A DNA stretch of 52,182 nt, taken from the NCBI GenBank assembly GCA_011192125.1, contig DUEL01000012.1, forward strand, positions 23,622-75,803, read 5' to 3'. The position numbers and the translations under genes are program-made. Within the stretch, counting starts at the first letter, position 1, and each line of letters opens with the position of its first letter. This DNA is from Thermoflexia bacterium. GTDB lineage: Bacteria > Chloroflexota > Anaerolineae > B4-G1 > DUEL01. The notes under the pieces were generated by a model. That model searched no databases and was not told the DNA's origin. It saw only the letters and a program-made list of their open reading frames with translations. Of this stretch, positions 42,601-50,342 are shown piece after piece.

Positions 42601-43906
42601 CATCGGCGATACCGATCCGGTGGGGTCGGGCCTGATACACGCCGTCGGGCCGCCTGCTTCCGTGGCCGTGGAGGACCAGGCGGATGGGAGTGGAGGTGAG
42701 GTGGACACGCTGGAGGTGGCCTCAGGTTATTATGCGGACTTCTACGCCGTGGCCCGTGACGAGGTGGGCCACTTTGTCCAGACGGTGCCTGTCTCCTGGA
42801 CCCTGGTCCCGGTGAGCGGAGGGGTCGTGTCGGGGGACCTGACCCCCGACCCCGATGCAACCTGGGCGCGGCTGCACGGCCATATCACGGGCACCGCCCG
42901 CGTCGGCATCACCCATACGACGCTGGGGACCGACACGACGGGGCTCATCCGGGTGACGCCGCCGCCAGCCGAGATGGTCCTGGAGGCCGATCCCCCCGCT
43001 ATCGTAGCCGACGGGGTCTCCAGCGCGACCCTGCGGGCCCGGCTGTGGGACGGTCAGGGCGACCCGGTCGCCGATCGGGTCCCGGTGACGTTCACGGTGG
43101 TGAGCGGTGGGGGTTCAGCTCATATGCCGACCGATCCGTACGTCGCTTTGACATCGGGCGGGGCCGCTACCGCTCCGCTCTTAGCCGATACGACGACGGG
43201 GGCTACAGTGGTGAGGGCAGAGACCGGTGGAGTCTCAGGCTGGGTGACGGTGACGCTTATGCCGGGTCCTCTGGACGCTTTTGAGATCGAGAGATGCCCG
43301 ACTGTCATCTATGCGGGATACCACTTCTATCCGTTTGGCCCTCAGGTGACGGCATACGACCGGTTTGGGAACGTCAAGACCGACTACCAGGGCAGCGTCT
43401 ATTTCCTCACCTCCGATCCGCAGGCCACCCTTTCCTACACGGTGGACTCCCCCTACACGTTTACCCTGGCGGACGGAGGGACCTATACGTTCACGGGAAC
43501 GGCGTTCATGATGGGGACGGCAGGTACGCAGACCCTCACCGTCACCGATGGGACGATCTCCGCTGCGTGCGAGCCGTTCGAGGTGCGGCCTGGAGCCAAG
43601 GTGGGGTACATCGAGCTCCACCTCAGCAGTTACGAGGTCGGTCGCGGAGAGGTGGTGACGGCCACGGTGGAGGCCTTCGATCTGTACGGTAACAGCAAGG
43701 GAGACTGGACCTCCTGGTGCAGGTATACCATCGACGATGGAGCGGGTGGAGTGTGGAACGGGAATGTGTACACCCCGGAGCGGTTCGGAACGTGGACGGT
43801 CGTCGCGTCCACCCGTTCGAACCCTCCTAGCAGCGATTGGGCGACGCTGCGGGTGGTGCCTGTCGGGCAGGTGTTCCTGCCGTTGGTGCTGCAACGTGGG
43901 CCTTGA
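39614..43906 (+). CDS. large secreted FG-GAP/VCBS repeat protein with Ig-like (invasin-type) domains and C-terminal FLPLVLQR tail
   Basis: Signal peptide; about 14 (A/G)DxDxDGxxD repeats; IVADGVSSATLRARLWDGQGDPV Big_1-like motif; TAYDRFGN; ends VFLPLVLQRGP. Confidence 0.88.
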   Translation: MRTQGKGLGLVLALAGGVAALGILFIVLGASPIVQASPPVEGNPLSFGGSTPLFAPDGDVEGLAVADLDGDGDLDMAFAPGATVRIAAGRGFSTSMEIGTCAGTVHALAVADFDRDTRPDLVAFCDGEVRLWRNPGAPFSTPWAETGAVTTSLVLTYPAGTVADLDQDGAPDLIGAGSDGAVFLWRNPMAPGGPFVAEWGTATQWAVGGPIHALAAADMNRDGQVDLVVGAGGDLQLWQNPGAPFSGSWTASQTWVGAGDEILSLVVADLDLDGVPDAAAGDAAGRILGWASPFTLGTPFGGTPPAPRVLGDLGGPVYGLTVADFDHDGWSDLAGAGGGSSPSLRAWRNGRSLLVPWDWITVGGWGDALLVLITADVDGDGDADLLVGAGAGATAEVVEWPNTLLHRRAPFAETGVPVASRPADVRALATGDLDQDGWPELVGGDSLGEVLIWESGGAPLEGSWTAHAVGEAGPVLALALADLDGDGDLEIVSGHSSPPYLLVWRNGGTGLDGPWTRTTVGDPGAPIGDIAVADLDRDGRLDLVTGSGEHLDDPSPNHKVTLWRNDGTPFDGPWPFVDAAVLTYSVNAVAVGDLDGDGWADVVAGTDHAPAVGTADEPVARSEWPNVYELLALRSPTDPFAGSWAVTIVGRDPATVTLGPEESPSHYHGYWGATVHDVALADLDRDGDLDIVSADRIEADYQVKVWENDGTPFDEQPATFHWTWQPTAVWYGTPPSPPWMGGSAVSLVVEDLNRDGWIDVMPGVTRWRRMWFENSGLPFGDFLTDTHWIDHIIAPSQMVVRAVVAGDFDRDGDVDVVEGSDYWDGVEVDLWRNVSGGVTEMVMPTDPPPIQHGQMDDVLAIAFTHNGLPGEEGVRPMWWRIQFTAPDGTPLTSAQANDIIETVWVYRDGGNRRWSVADTPVITATDLTLDAEGYQTLHADPGDARLVVVPGETVYFFVVVQVANGAMYATPNEFAVWIDADADSLVEGIVTGASIAIGDTDPVGSGLIHAVGPPASVAVEDQADGSGGEVDTLEVASGYYADFYAVARDEVGHFVQTVPVSWTLVPVSGGVVSGDLTPDPDATWARLHGHITGTARVGITHTTLGTDTTGLIRVTPPPAEMVLEADPPAIVADGVSSATLRARLWDGQGDPVADRVPVTFTVVSGGGSAHMPTDPYVALTSGGAATAPLLADTTTGATVVRAETGGVSGWVTVTLMPGPLDAFEIERCPTVIYAGYHFYPFGPQVTAYDRFGNVKTDYQGSVYFLTSDPQATLSYTVDSPYTFTLADGGTYTFTGTAFMMGTAGTQTLTVTDGTISAACEPFEVRPGAKVGYIELHLSSYEVGRGEVVTATVEAFDLYGNSKGDWTSWCRYTIDDGAGGVWNGNVYTPERFGTWTVVASTRSNPPSSDWATLRVVPVGQVFLPLVLQRGP

Positions 43907-43919
43907 GGAGGTTCTTCGA

Positions 43920-44885
43920 GTGGGGGATGAGCACGTGACCGCACCTCGCGTCGTGGCCGTCGTCCTGAACTGGAACGGCCTGGAGGACACCACCGCCTGT
44001 CTGACTTCGTTGGCGGAGGTGGATTACCCGTCCTTGGAGGTCGTGGTGGTGGACAACGGCTCCACCGACGGGTCGCCAGCCATCCTCCGACGGCGGTTCC
44101 CCGAGGTGATCCTTCTGGAAACGAGGGAGAACCTCGGCTACGCAGGCGGCAACAACGTGGGGATCCGGTACGCGCTGGAGCGGGGGGCCGAGTATGTCCT
44201 GCTCCTCAACAACGACACGGAGGTCGCCCCCGACTTTCTCCGCCGGATGGTGGAGGTCGCCGAGGCGGACCCACAGGTGGGGGGAGTCGGTCCGATGATC
44301 TACTATTACGACCGGCCGGACGTGATCTGGTCGGCGGGGGGGGCGATCGACTGGCGGCGAGGCCGGACGCGGATGGTGGGGTTGAACGAGCCGGAGCAGG
44401 GGCAGTTCGGGGCGGAACCGCGCGAGGTGGACTTCGTCACTGGGTGCGCAATGCTGATCCGGCGGGAGGTGCTGGAGCGGGTGGGGCTTCTGGATGAGCG
44501 ATTTTTCCTCTACTACGAGGAGGTGGAATGGTGTGTGCGCGTCCGGCGAGCGGGATATCGCATCCTCCACGTGCCCCGGGCCCGGATCTGGCACAAGATC
44601 TCGCCTTGCTCCCAGGCCGATTCGCCACTGGTGCATTACTATATGACCCGCAACCGGTTGCTTTTCCTGCGACTGGTGGGAGCGGGAGCGACGGCGTGGT
44701 TCCACACGCTCGCGGAGGACCTGCGGATCTTGCTGGCGTGGCATCTGCGGCCCCGATGGAGATACAAGCGGGTTCAGCGGCGGGCGATGGTACGGGCCCT
44801 GCTGGATGCGTGGCGTGGGAGGTGGGGGATGAGAGCAGGTCTCGGTGCACTGTCTGTGAAGAAAGTGGAGGAGGGGATACGATGA
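43920..44885 (+). CDS. GT2 glycosyltransferase
   Basis: VVLNWNG, VDNGSTD, NLGYAGGNN, LLNND, FFLYYEEVEW. Confidence 0.9.
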   Translation: MGDEHVTAPRVVAVVLNWNGLEDTTACLTSLAEVDYPSLEVVVVDNGSTDGSPAILRRRFPEVILLETRENLGYAGGNNVGIRYALERGAEYVLLLNNDTEVAPDFLRRMVEVAEADPQVGGVGPMIYYYDRPDVIWSAGGAIDWRRGRTRMVGLNEPEQGQFGAEPREVDFVTGCAMLIRREVLERVGLLDERFFLYYEEVEWCVRVRRAGYRILHVPRARIWHKISPCSQADSPLVHYYMTRNRLLFLRLVGAGATAWFHTLAEDLRILLAWHLRPRWRYKRVQRRAMVRALLDAWRGRWGMRAGLGALSVKKVEEGIR

Positions 44886-45538
44886 TGGCGAAGCCCCGTT
44901 ATGGCTTCTCGTTTCTGGTGTCTGCCTTTATGCGCTTGCCGCTGAGGCAGCGCTTGAACAAGGTTGTGCGGTTTCTGCGGGGCCTCTGGGTGGCTCGGAA
45001 GTTCGACACAAAGGGGCTGATAGACGCTGGTCGGCGGATCAAGATTGTCAAACGAAACGGCGAGATCCACCTGAATAAGTACTGCCGTCTGGGCAACGAT
45101 GTTCACATCGCTGTGGTTGGCAAGTCGCCCGACCAGAAGGCTGTCCTGCGCATCGGCGTGGACTCCGGCATCTCTGATCGGACCAAAATCAATGTCACCC
45201 AGATGGTGGTCATCGGCGACCACTGCAGCATAGGGTGGGATTGTGATATTTGGGATACGAGTTGGCACCGGGTGCGGTTCGTCGACAGAGAGCCGGGACC
45301 GATCTCCCGGCCGGTGGTGATCGAGGACCACGTGTGGATCGGGTCCCATACCATCGTCCAGCGGGGCGTGACGATTGGGGCTAACTCGGTCATCGCCGCT
45401 GGCTCGGTGGTGATCAAGGATATCCCCCCCAACTCCTTCGCGGGAGGCAATCCCGCCAAGGTGCTCAAGGAGATCGAGGGGTGGGATCGGAATCCTCACA
45501 GGGAGGAGAGGCGGGATGAGGGTTCTGGCGATCTCTAA
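44882..45538 (+). CDS. left-handed beta-helix O-acyltransferase
   Basis: VVIEDHVWIG..GVTIGANSVIAAGSVV..GNPAK. Confidence 0.88.
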   Translation: MMAKPRYGFSFLVSAFMRLPLRQRLNKVVRFLRGLWVARKFDTKGLIDAGRRIKIVKRNGEIHLNKYCRLGNDVHIAVVGKSPDQKAVLRIGVDSGISDRTKINVTQMVVIGDHCSIGWDCDIWDTSWHRVRFVDREPGPISRPVVIEDHVWIGSHTIVQRGVTIGANSVIAAGSVVIKDIPPNSFAGGNPAKVLKEIEGWDRNPHREERRDEGSGDL

Positions 45539-46736
45539 TTGGTTTCCCTGGCCCCCGGACTGTGGGGCGCGGATGCGGATACACTACCTGTTGCGAGAGA
45601 TAGCGAGGTCCAACGAGGTCACGCTGCTCTCCTTCGCGCGGGAGCATCCATCCGACACGGACATCGCGGCGGTGAAGGCCTACTGCCAGGAGGTCGCCAT
45701 CGTCCCGTTCCGCCCTTACGATCCCCGTCGGTGGGATGCCCTGCTAGGGTTCTTCCTCCCCGAGCCCCGCTTCGTCCACGCCACCTACAGCACCGAGATG
45801 GAGAGGTTGGTCCAGGAGTGGATGAGCAGGGACGAGTTCGACGTGGTGGTCGCCTTCGCCATCGGCCCGAGCGGTGGAACGGCCCCCTATGTTCGGGGGG
45901 TCCAGGGGGTGCCTCGCCTGCTGGAGGATCCGGAGCTCTCGATCATCAAAGACCGGATCAGCCTGCAGTCGCGCTGGTATCAACGGACACGGCTGCGATT
46001 GACGTGGTGGAAACTGCGCCGCTATATGGCCGGGTTGTTGAGGGATATGAATGCCTGCACGGTGAGTTCCGCCAAGGAACGGGACCTTCTCACCAGCATC
46101 CAACCGGATGGCCTGCCCGTGCAGGTGATTCCCAACGGCGTGGACCCCACCCTCTACGACGATGATTTCGGCCCTCTTGAACCGGATACACTTGTCTTCC
46201 CTGGCGCGATGACCTATCGGGCCAACTTCGCGGCGATGGCCTTTTTCCTGAGGGAGGTTTTCCCCCTCATCCTCCGGCAGCGACCGGGAGCGAAGTTGTA
46301 CATCACGGGGAAGACGGATGGGGTGCCGGTGCACCGTTTGCCGTTGCGCGAGGGTGTGGTGCTCACGGGGTATCTCCAGGACGTCCGCCCCCGCATCGCC
46401 CGCAGCCAGGTCTGCGTGGTGCCGATGACGATGGGCGGGGGCACCCGTCTCAAAATTCTGGAGGCGATGGCCCTGGGGACGCCGGTGGTGTCCACCAGCA
46501 AGGGCGCAGAGGGGTTGGATGTGAGGTCGGGGGAGGAGATTCTGATCGCCGACGATCCGGAGACGTTCGCGGCTCAGGTGGTCCGGCTGCTGGAGGACCC
46601 CGCGCTGCGCGAGCGGCTGGCGCAGAACGGCCGTCGGCTGGTGCGGGAGCGGTACGACTGGCGGGAGATTGGGCGGCGGTTCGAGGCTTTTCTGGAGCAG
46701 GTCGTGGCGGAGTGGAACGATGTTGACATCAATTGA
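45516..46736 (+). CDS. GT4 glycosyltransferase
   Basis: FPWPPDCGAR, IPNGVD, GGGTRLKILEAMALGTPVVST. Confidence 0.9.
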   Translation: MRVLAISNWFPWPPDCGARMRIHYLLREIARSNEVTLLSFAREHPSDTDIAAVKAYCQEVAIVPFRPYDPRRWDALLGFFLPEPRFVHATYSTEMERLVQEWMSRDEFDVVVAFAIGPSGGTAPYVRGVQGVPRLLEDPELSIIKDRISLQSRWYQRTRLRLTWWKLRRYMAGLLRDMNACTVSSAKERDLLTSIQPDGLPVQVIPNGVDPTLYDDDFGPLEPDTLVFPGAMTYRANFAAMAFFLREVFPLILRQRPGAKLYITGKTDGVPVHRLPLREGVVLTGYLQDVRPRIARSQVCVVPMTMGGGTRLKILEAMALGTPVVSTSKGAEGLDVRSGEEILIADDPETFAAQVVRLLEDPALRERLAQNGRRLVRERYDWREIGRRFEAFLEQVVAEWNDVDIN

Positions 46737-48123
46737 GCGGCGCTTCCCTGTTCTCTGGCTCTGGTTGCTGCGGGCGGGGATGGCCGTCGGCGTGTTGGCG
46801 TTTGGGGTGGTGGTGGGTTGGATGACCGGGCGGATGGCCCGTCCCTGGTTGTTGCTGCCGCTTGTGTTTCTTCCTCTGATGGGGGTGCTGGGCCTCGGAC
46901 GGGCGCGCATCGAGCATGGGATCGTCGGTATCATCGCCGCCGCCGCCGTTATCCGCTACACGCTTCCCACCGGCACCCGAAGCCGGATCCCCATCAGCCT
47001 GGTCCTGGCGGGGGGCGTCGTCGCCTGGTGGGTGGCAGGCCAGTGGCTGACCGATCGGAAGGTCCGGCTCAAGCCCTCGCCGGTCAACGTACCCCTTCTG
47101 GGCTTCGTCGCCGCATCCATCATCTCGCTTCCCTGGAGCATCGCCTTCCGCGACGTCCTGGTGCAGCCCTGGCCTACCTGGCCCTTCGTCCAGTTGGGGG
47201 GGCTGGCTGTGATGGTCCTGTTGCCGGGCGTGTTCCTCGTGGCGGCTCAACAGGAGGATACCCGGTGGATCCGTGTCCTGGTCGGCCTGCTGCTGGTTGT
47301 CGGGACGGCGGCCATCCTGAGGTACTACCTGCGCTTGCCCTACTTGGACTTCCTTCAGGTCCGGCCCCTCTTCCCGACCTGGTTCATCTGCCTCGCCCTC
47401 GCCCTGGGGTTTTTCCACCGTCGGCTGCCGCTGCTGATCCGCCTGGCGTTGGTGGTCCTGGCCGGAGCGTGGTTCTACCAGGTCTTCGTTCACCAATTCC
47501 GCTGGCTTTCCTCCTGGGTGCCGGCGATGGCCGGGCTGGCGGCGATCGGGGTGTTGCGCTCGCGCAAAGTGCTGATCCTCCTGATTGTGGCGGTGACCCT
47601 GTACGTCGCCTTCAACCTCCCTGCGGTGGAGGCCAAACTGCAACAGGAGATGGTCGTCAGCGGCGTGACGCGGGTCGATGCCTGGCTTCACAACTGGCGG
47701 GTGACCGGGAAGCACTGGCTCTTCGGCGTTGGACCGGCAGGCTACGCCGTCTATTACATGAACTACTTCCCACTGGAGGCGATGGCCTCCCACAGCACCT
47801 ACATCGACGTCCTCTCCCAGACGGGCGTGGTGGGCCTTTTCTTCTTCCTGTGGTTCTGGGCGGCGACGGGTGTGGTCCTCTGGCGGCTGTACCGGCGGGT
47901 GAGGGGGCGGCAGGACTTCGCCGAGGCGTTCGCCCTGGCTGCGGTCGGTGGGTATGTGGGTGCGTTGGTGGCGATGGCGCTGGGGGATTGGATCGTTCCC
48001 TTCGTCTATACCCAGACCATCGCCGGGTTCGACTACGCCGTCTACACCTGGGCCCTCCTGGGCGCGGCCCAGGCGATGGAGCAGGTTAGCAAGGGAACAG
48101 GGAAGCAGGGAAGCGGGGAATGA
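46720..48123 (+). CDS. O-antigen ligase/Wzy-like polytopic membrane protein
   Basis: Many TM helices; R..W...HWLFGVGPAGY..SHSTYIDVLSQTGVVG motif typical of Wzy_C/WaaL. Confidence 0.82.
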   Translation: MLTSIERRFPVLWLWLLRAGMAVGVLAFGVVVGWMTGRMARPWLLLPLVFLPLMGVLGLGRARIEHGIVGIIAAAAVIRYTLPTGTRSRIPISLVLAGGVVAWWVAGQWLTDRKVRLKPSPVNVPLLGFVAASIISLPWSIAFRDVLVQPWPTWPFVQLGGLAVMVLLPGVFLVAAQQEDTRWIRVLVGLLLVVGTAAILRYYLRLPYLDFLQVRPLFPTWFICLALALGFFHRRLPLLIRLALVVLAGAWFYQVFVHQFRWLSSWVPAMAGLAAIGVLRSRKVLILLIVAVTLYVAFNLPAVEAKLQQEMVVSGVTRVDAWLHNWRVTGKHWLFGVGPAGYAVYYMNYFPLEAMASHSTYIDVLSQTGVVGLFFFLWFWAATGVVLWRLYRRVRGRQDFAEAFALAAVGGYVGALVAMALGDWIVPFVYTQTIAGFDYAVYTWALLGAAQAMEQVSKGTGKQGSGE

Positions 48124-49052
48124 GGGTGGACGTCTCGGTCATCGTGGTCAGTTGGAATACGCGGGAGTTGCTGGCCCAGTGCCTGCGGTCGATTTACGAG
48201 ACGGCGGGGGATCTGACGGTGGAGGTCATCGTGGTGGACAACGGCTCCACCGACGGGAGCGTGGAGATGGTGCGGGAGCGGTTCCCCGGGGTCCGGCTGA
48301 TCGTCAACCGGGAGAACGTGGGGTTCGCCCGGGCCAACAACCAGGCCATGGCGGTGGCCCGCGGACGGTACTTCCTGCTCCTGAACAGCGACGCCGTCCT
48401 GCGGCCGGGCGCGTTGGGAGCCCTGGTGGACCTGATGGAGACCCACCCGCGAGCGGGGATGGCGGGGGGACGGTTGGTGAACCCGGATGGGAGTTTTCAG
48501 GCATCGTTCATGGACTTCCCCACCCTTTGGGGAGAGGTCCTGTTGATGCTCAAGTTGCATCCCCTTTTCCGCTCCCCCTACTTCCCCAGTCACCCTCCCG
48601 CCGAAAGCGGGGAGGTGCGGGAGGCGGATTGGATCCCCGGCGCGTGCATGCTGGTGCGGCGGGAGGTGTGGGAGGAGGTCGGTGGGCTGGACGAGACGTA
48701 CTTTATGTACTCCGAAGAGGTGGATTGGTGCTGGCGGGTGAAGCGGGCCGGATGGCGGATTTATTACACGCCGCAGGCGGAGATCGTCCACTGGGGCGGG
48801 CAGAGCATCGGCCAGGTGCCGCTGGAGAAGCGGGCGCGGGTGTATCGGGGGAAGTGGCTCTTCTTCCGCAGGTGGAGGGGGCGGCGGACCGCCGGGCTGT
48901 TCCGGCTGGTGCTGGTGGCGACGACAGCGCTGAAAATGGGGCTGTGGGTCCCGTTGCTGGTCGCGCCGACCCGCGCGATGCGCGGCCGGGCCCGGCGGAA
49001 CCTCCGGTCCTACCGGAGGTTGTTGGGCGTGGTGGGAGGGGGAGCAGGATGA
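48120..49052 (+). CDS. GT2 glycosyltransferase (WbbL-like)
   Basis: VIVVSWNT, VDNGSTD, GFARANNQ, LLNSD, YFMYSEEVDWC. Confidence 0.9.
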   Translation: MRVDVSVIVVSWNTRELLAQCLRSIYETAGDLTVEVIVVDNGSTDGSVEMVRERFPGVRLIVNRENVGFARANNQAMAVARGRYFLLLNSDAVLRPGALGALVDLMETHPRAGMAGGRLVNPDGSFQASFMDFPTLWGEVLLMLKLHPLFRSPYFPSHPPAESGEVREADWIPGACMLVRREVWEEVGGLDETYFMYSEEVDWCWRVKRAGWRIYYTPQAEIVHWGGQSIGQVPLEKRARVYRGKWLFFRRWRGRRTAGLFRLVLVATTALKMGLWVPLLVAPTRAMRGRARRNLRSYRRLLGVVGGGAG

Positions 49053-50326
49053 GACCGCTCCGCGTCCTGTTCATCGCCCAGGTCTTCCCCTACCCGTTGG
49101 ACAGCGGCCCTAAGATCCGGGCTTACTACGTCCTCCGCTACCTCGCCGCCCGCCATCGGGTGACGCTGGTAGCCTTCCTCACCCATCCCCGGGAGCGGCG
49201 GTACGTGGACCATCTGGCCTCTTTCTGCGAGGCGGTCCATCCGGTGGAGCGGCCCCGCTCCTTGTGGCGGGAGGGGCTGGCCCTGGCCCGCAGCCTCCTC
49301 ACCGGCCGCCCCTTTATGATCGAACGGCACTTCGACCGGGGGATGGCCCGTCTGGTGGAGGATCTGGTGGCGGAGGAGCGATTCGACCTGATCCACGTGG
49401 ACCAGGTGAAGGTGGCCCAGTACGGCCTGCGGATCGAGGGGGTCCCCCGCGTGATCGACAAGCACAACGCCTACGCGCTGGTGTTGAAGGGGGTGGCGGA
49501 GAGCGACCCCTCCCCGCTGCGGCGGCTGGTGGCCCGGATGGACTGGCGACGGATGGCCCGGTACGAGGGGACGGTCTGCCGCGCCTTCGACGGGGTGGTC
49601 GCCGTCACCGCGGCGGATCGGGATACGCTGCGCCGGTTCTCCGGCGACGGGCGGTCCATCCCCGTCATCCCCATCGCCACCGACTGCGAGGCCGTCCGGC
49701 CGGTCCGCCGCCGGGCCGACGCGCGGGACGTCCTGATCCTGGGGTCCCTCTTCTACCCGCCCAACGTCGACGGGGCGGTCTGGTTCGCCCGCGAGATCTT
49801 CCCCCGGATTCGGGCGGAGGTGCCGGACGCGCGGCTGCTCCTGGTCGGCGGGCGGCCTGCGCCGGAGGTGGTCGCCCTGGGCCGGGAGGACGGGGTGGAG
49901 GTGACCGGCTACGTGAAGGACCTGCGACCCTACCTGGAGCGGACGGCGGTGATGGCGGTGCCGCTCCGGTTCGGCAGCGGGATGCGGGTGAAGATCCTGG
50001 ACGGCCTGGCCTGGGGCCTGCCGATGGTCTCCACCTCCGTCGGGTGCGAGGGGATCGACGTGACGCCGGAGCGGGACATTCTGCTGGCCGACGCGCCGGA
50101 AACCTTCGCCGCCCAGGTGGTGCGGGTGCTGCGGGACCGGCGGCTGGCCGACAGCCTCTCCACCAACGGACGCCGCCTGGCGGAGCAGCGGTACGACTGG
50201 CGGGTCCTCTACCCTCGCTGGGATCAGGTCTACGCCAGCGTGTTGGGATACAGCGGTTTAACACAACACCCCAGAGACGCGGAGGAGGCAGTGGAAAACT
50301 CCGTCCCCTCTGCGTCTCCGTGGTGA
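49049..50326 (+). CDS. GT4 glycosyltransferase
   Basis: FPYPLDSGPKIR, PNVDG, GSGMRVKILD. Confidence 0.9.
   Translation: MRPLRVLFIAQVFPYPLDSGPKIRAYYVLRYLAARHRVTLVAFLTHPRERRYVDHLASFCEAVHPVERPRSLWREGLALARSLLTGRPFMIERHFDRGMARLVEDLVAEERFDLIHVDQVKVAQYGLRIEGVPRVIDKHNAYALVLKGVAESDPSPLRRLVARMDWRRMARYEGTVCRAFDGVVAVTAADRDTLRRFSGDGRSIPVIPIATDCEAVRPVRRRADARDVLILGSLFYPPNVDGAVWFAREIFPRIRAEVPDARLLLVGGRPAPEVVALGREDGVEVTGYVKDLRPYLERTAVMAVPLRFGSGMRVKILDGLAWGLPMVSTSVGCEGIDVTPERDILLADAPETFAAQVVRVLRDRRLADSLSTNGRRLAEQRYDWRVLYPRWDQVYASVLGYSGLTQHPRDAEEAVENSVPSASPW
50267..50325. repeat. REP-like palindrome family A, copy 6 (encodes GT4 C-terminus)
   Basis: caccccagagacgcggagg ... cctctgcgtctccgtggtg. Confidence 0.75.
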
Positions 50327-50342
50327 AGGAATCTGGAGGAGT

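Noticed and set aside
39722-42640. 972-aa minus-strand ORF and the many other long antisense or alternate-frame ORFs (e.g. 606-1889, 14616-16013, 27482-28996, 49665-51746)
   Set aside because: They shadow well-supported genes and have no recognisable motifs; long stop-free frames are expected in high-GC coding DNA.
43050-43700. Apparently lower-GC segment within the FG-GAP gene suggesting a swapped module
   Set aside because: Impression by eye only; the frame is intact, no boundary repeats were found, and composition could not be quantified.
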